Source: Octopus sinensis (lineage: Eukaryota). From it: a stretch of DNA of 64,000 nucleotides. The stretch is taken from assembly GCF_006345805.1 (NCBI RefSeq), contig NC_042999.1, positions 102,362,001 through 102,426,000 on the forward strand, read 5' to 3'. Positions within the stretch are counted from its first letter, which is position 1, and every line of letters starts with the position of its first letter. The notes under the pieces are model-generated. The model did no database searches and was not told the DNA's origin. It saw nothing but the letters and a program-made list of their open reading frames with translations. Of the stretch, positions 63,664-64,000 are shown in pieces. Made by a program: the position numbers and the translations under genes.

Positions 63664-64000
63664 CGCTTAAATTATATGTTTTAACGGTGCATTTAAAAAA
63701 TATAATTATTAATAAAGGTCCACACATTCTAGTTTTGATAGAAAATTCATACTAAAGAATTATTTTTATTTATTTGCGATTATTTACGGGGTAAGTTATA
63801 CTTTTTACAAATAGTAACACAGCTGTTCCCGCTATTAATAACAAAAGTTGATTTTCAGGATCGCGACAAATCGTTATTTACAAGAATCATACGATAATGT
63901 ATAATTATTCGCGATGGAAAAAGAAACCAGGGTAAGCATGCTGTTTACCGTCGTAAAAAAAAAAGTGAAAGAAAATTCTCCTAAAAAATAAAATGTAAGT

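Overview
This is AT-rich, microsatellite-saturated eukaryotic non-coding DNA. From memory the repeat landscape strongly resembles an Octopus/coleoid cephalopod genome; that is an inference and no search was run. No intact host protein-coding gene is visible, and nearly all ORF-track entries are translations of (TA)n, (CA)n, (TAA)n or (CAC)n repeats or of SINEs. The window holds about 35 copies of four tRNA-headed SINE families (labelled A-D here). It also holds decayed non-LTR retrotransposons: CR1-group, RTE, R4/Dong-like (including two young, near-identical copies in (TAA)n), Hero-like, Tx1/L1-like and Penelope-like. DNA elements include two mariner fragments, a hAT deletion derivative, and a Merlin-type MITE beside a dead Merlin transposase. 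There is also a probable LTR with a primer-binding site. The top candidate for an undescribed system is a 504-bp insert (54488-54991) bounded by an exact 14-bp target-site duplication. It folds into an imperfect ~220-bp rod and carries a type I hammerhead ribozyme core, so it looks like a retrozyme/viroid-like RNA copied into the genome. Other notable patterns are several hammerhead-bearing mini-elements in microsatellites, two independent inverted duplications anchored on inverted SINE pairs, a SINE subfamily that repeatedly lands in SINE heads and shares its tail with a Tx1-like LINE, and a SINE/CR1 tail pair with a compensatory stem. All alignments and coordinates were done by eye, so ends of decayed elements are approximate.
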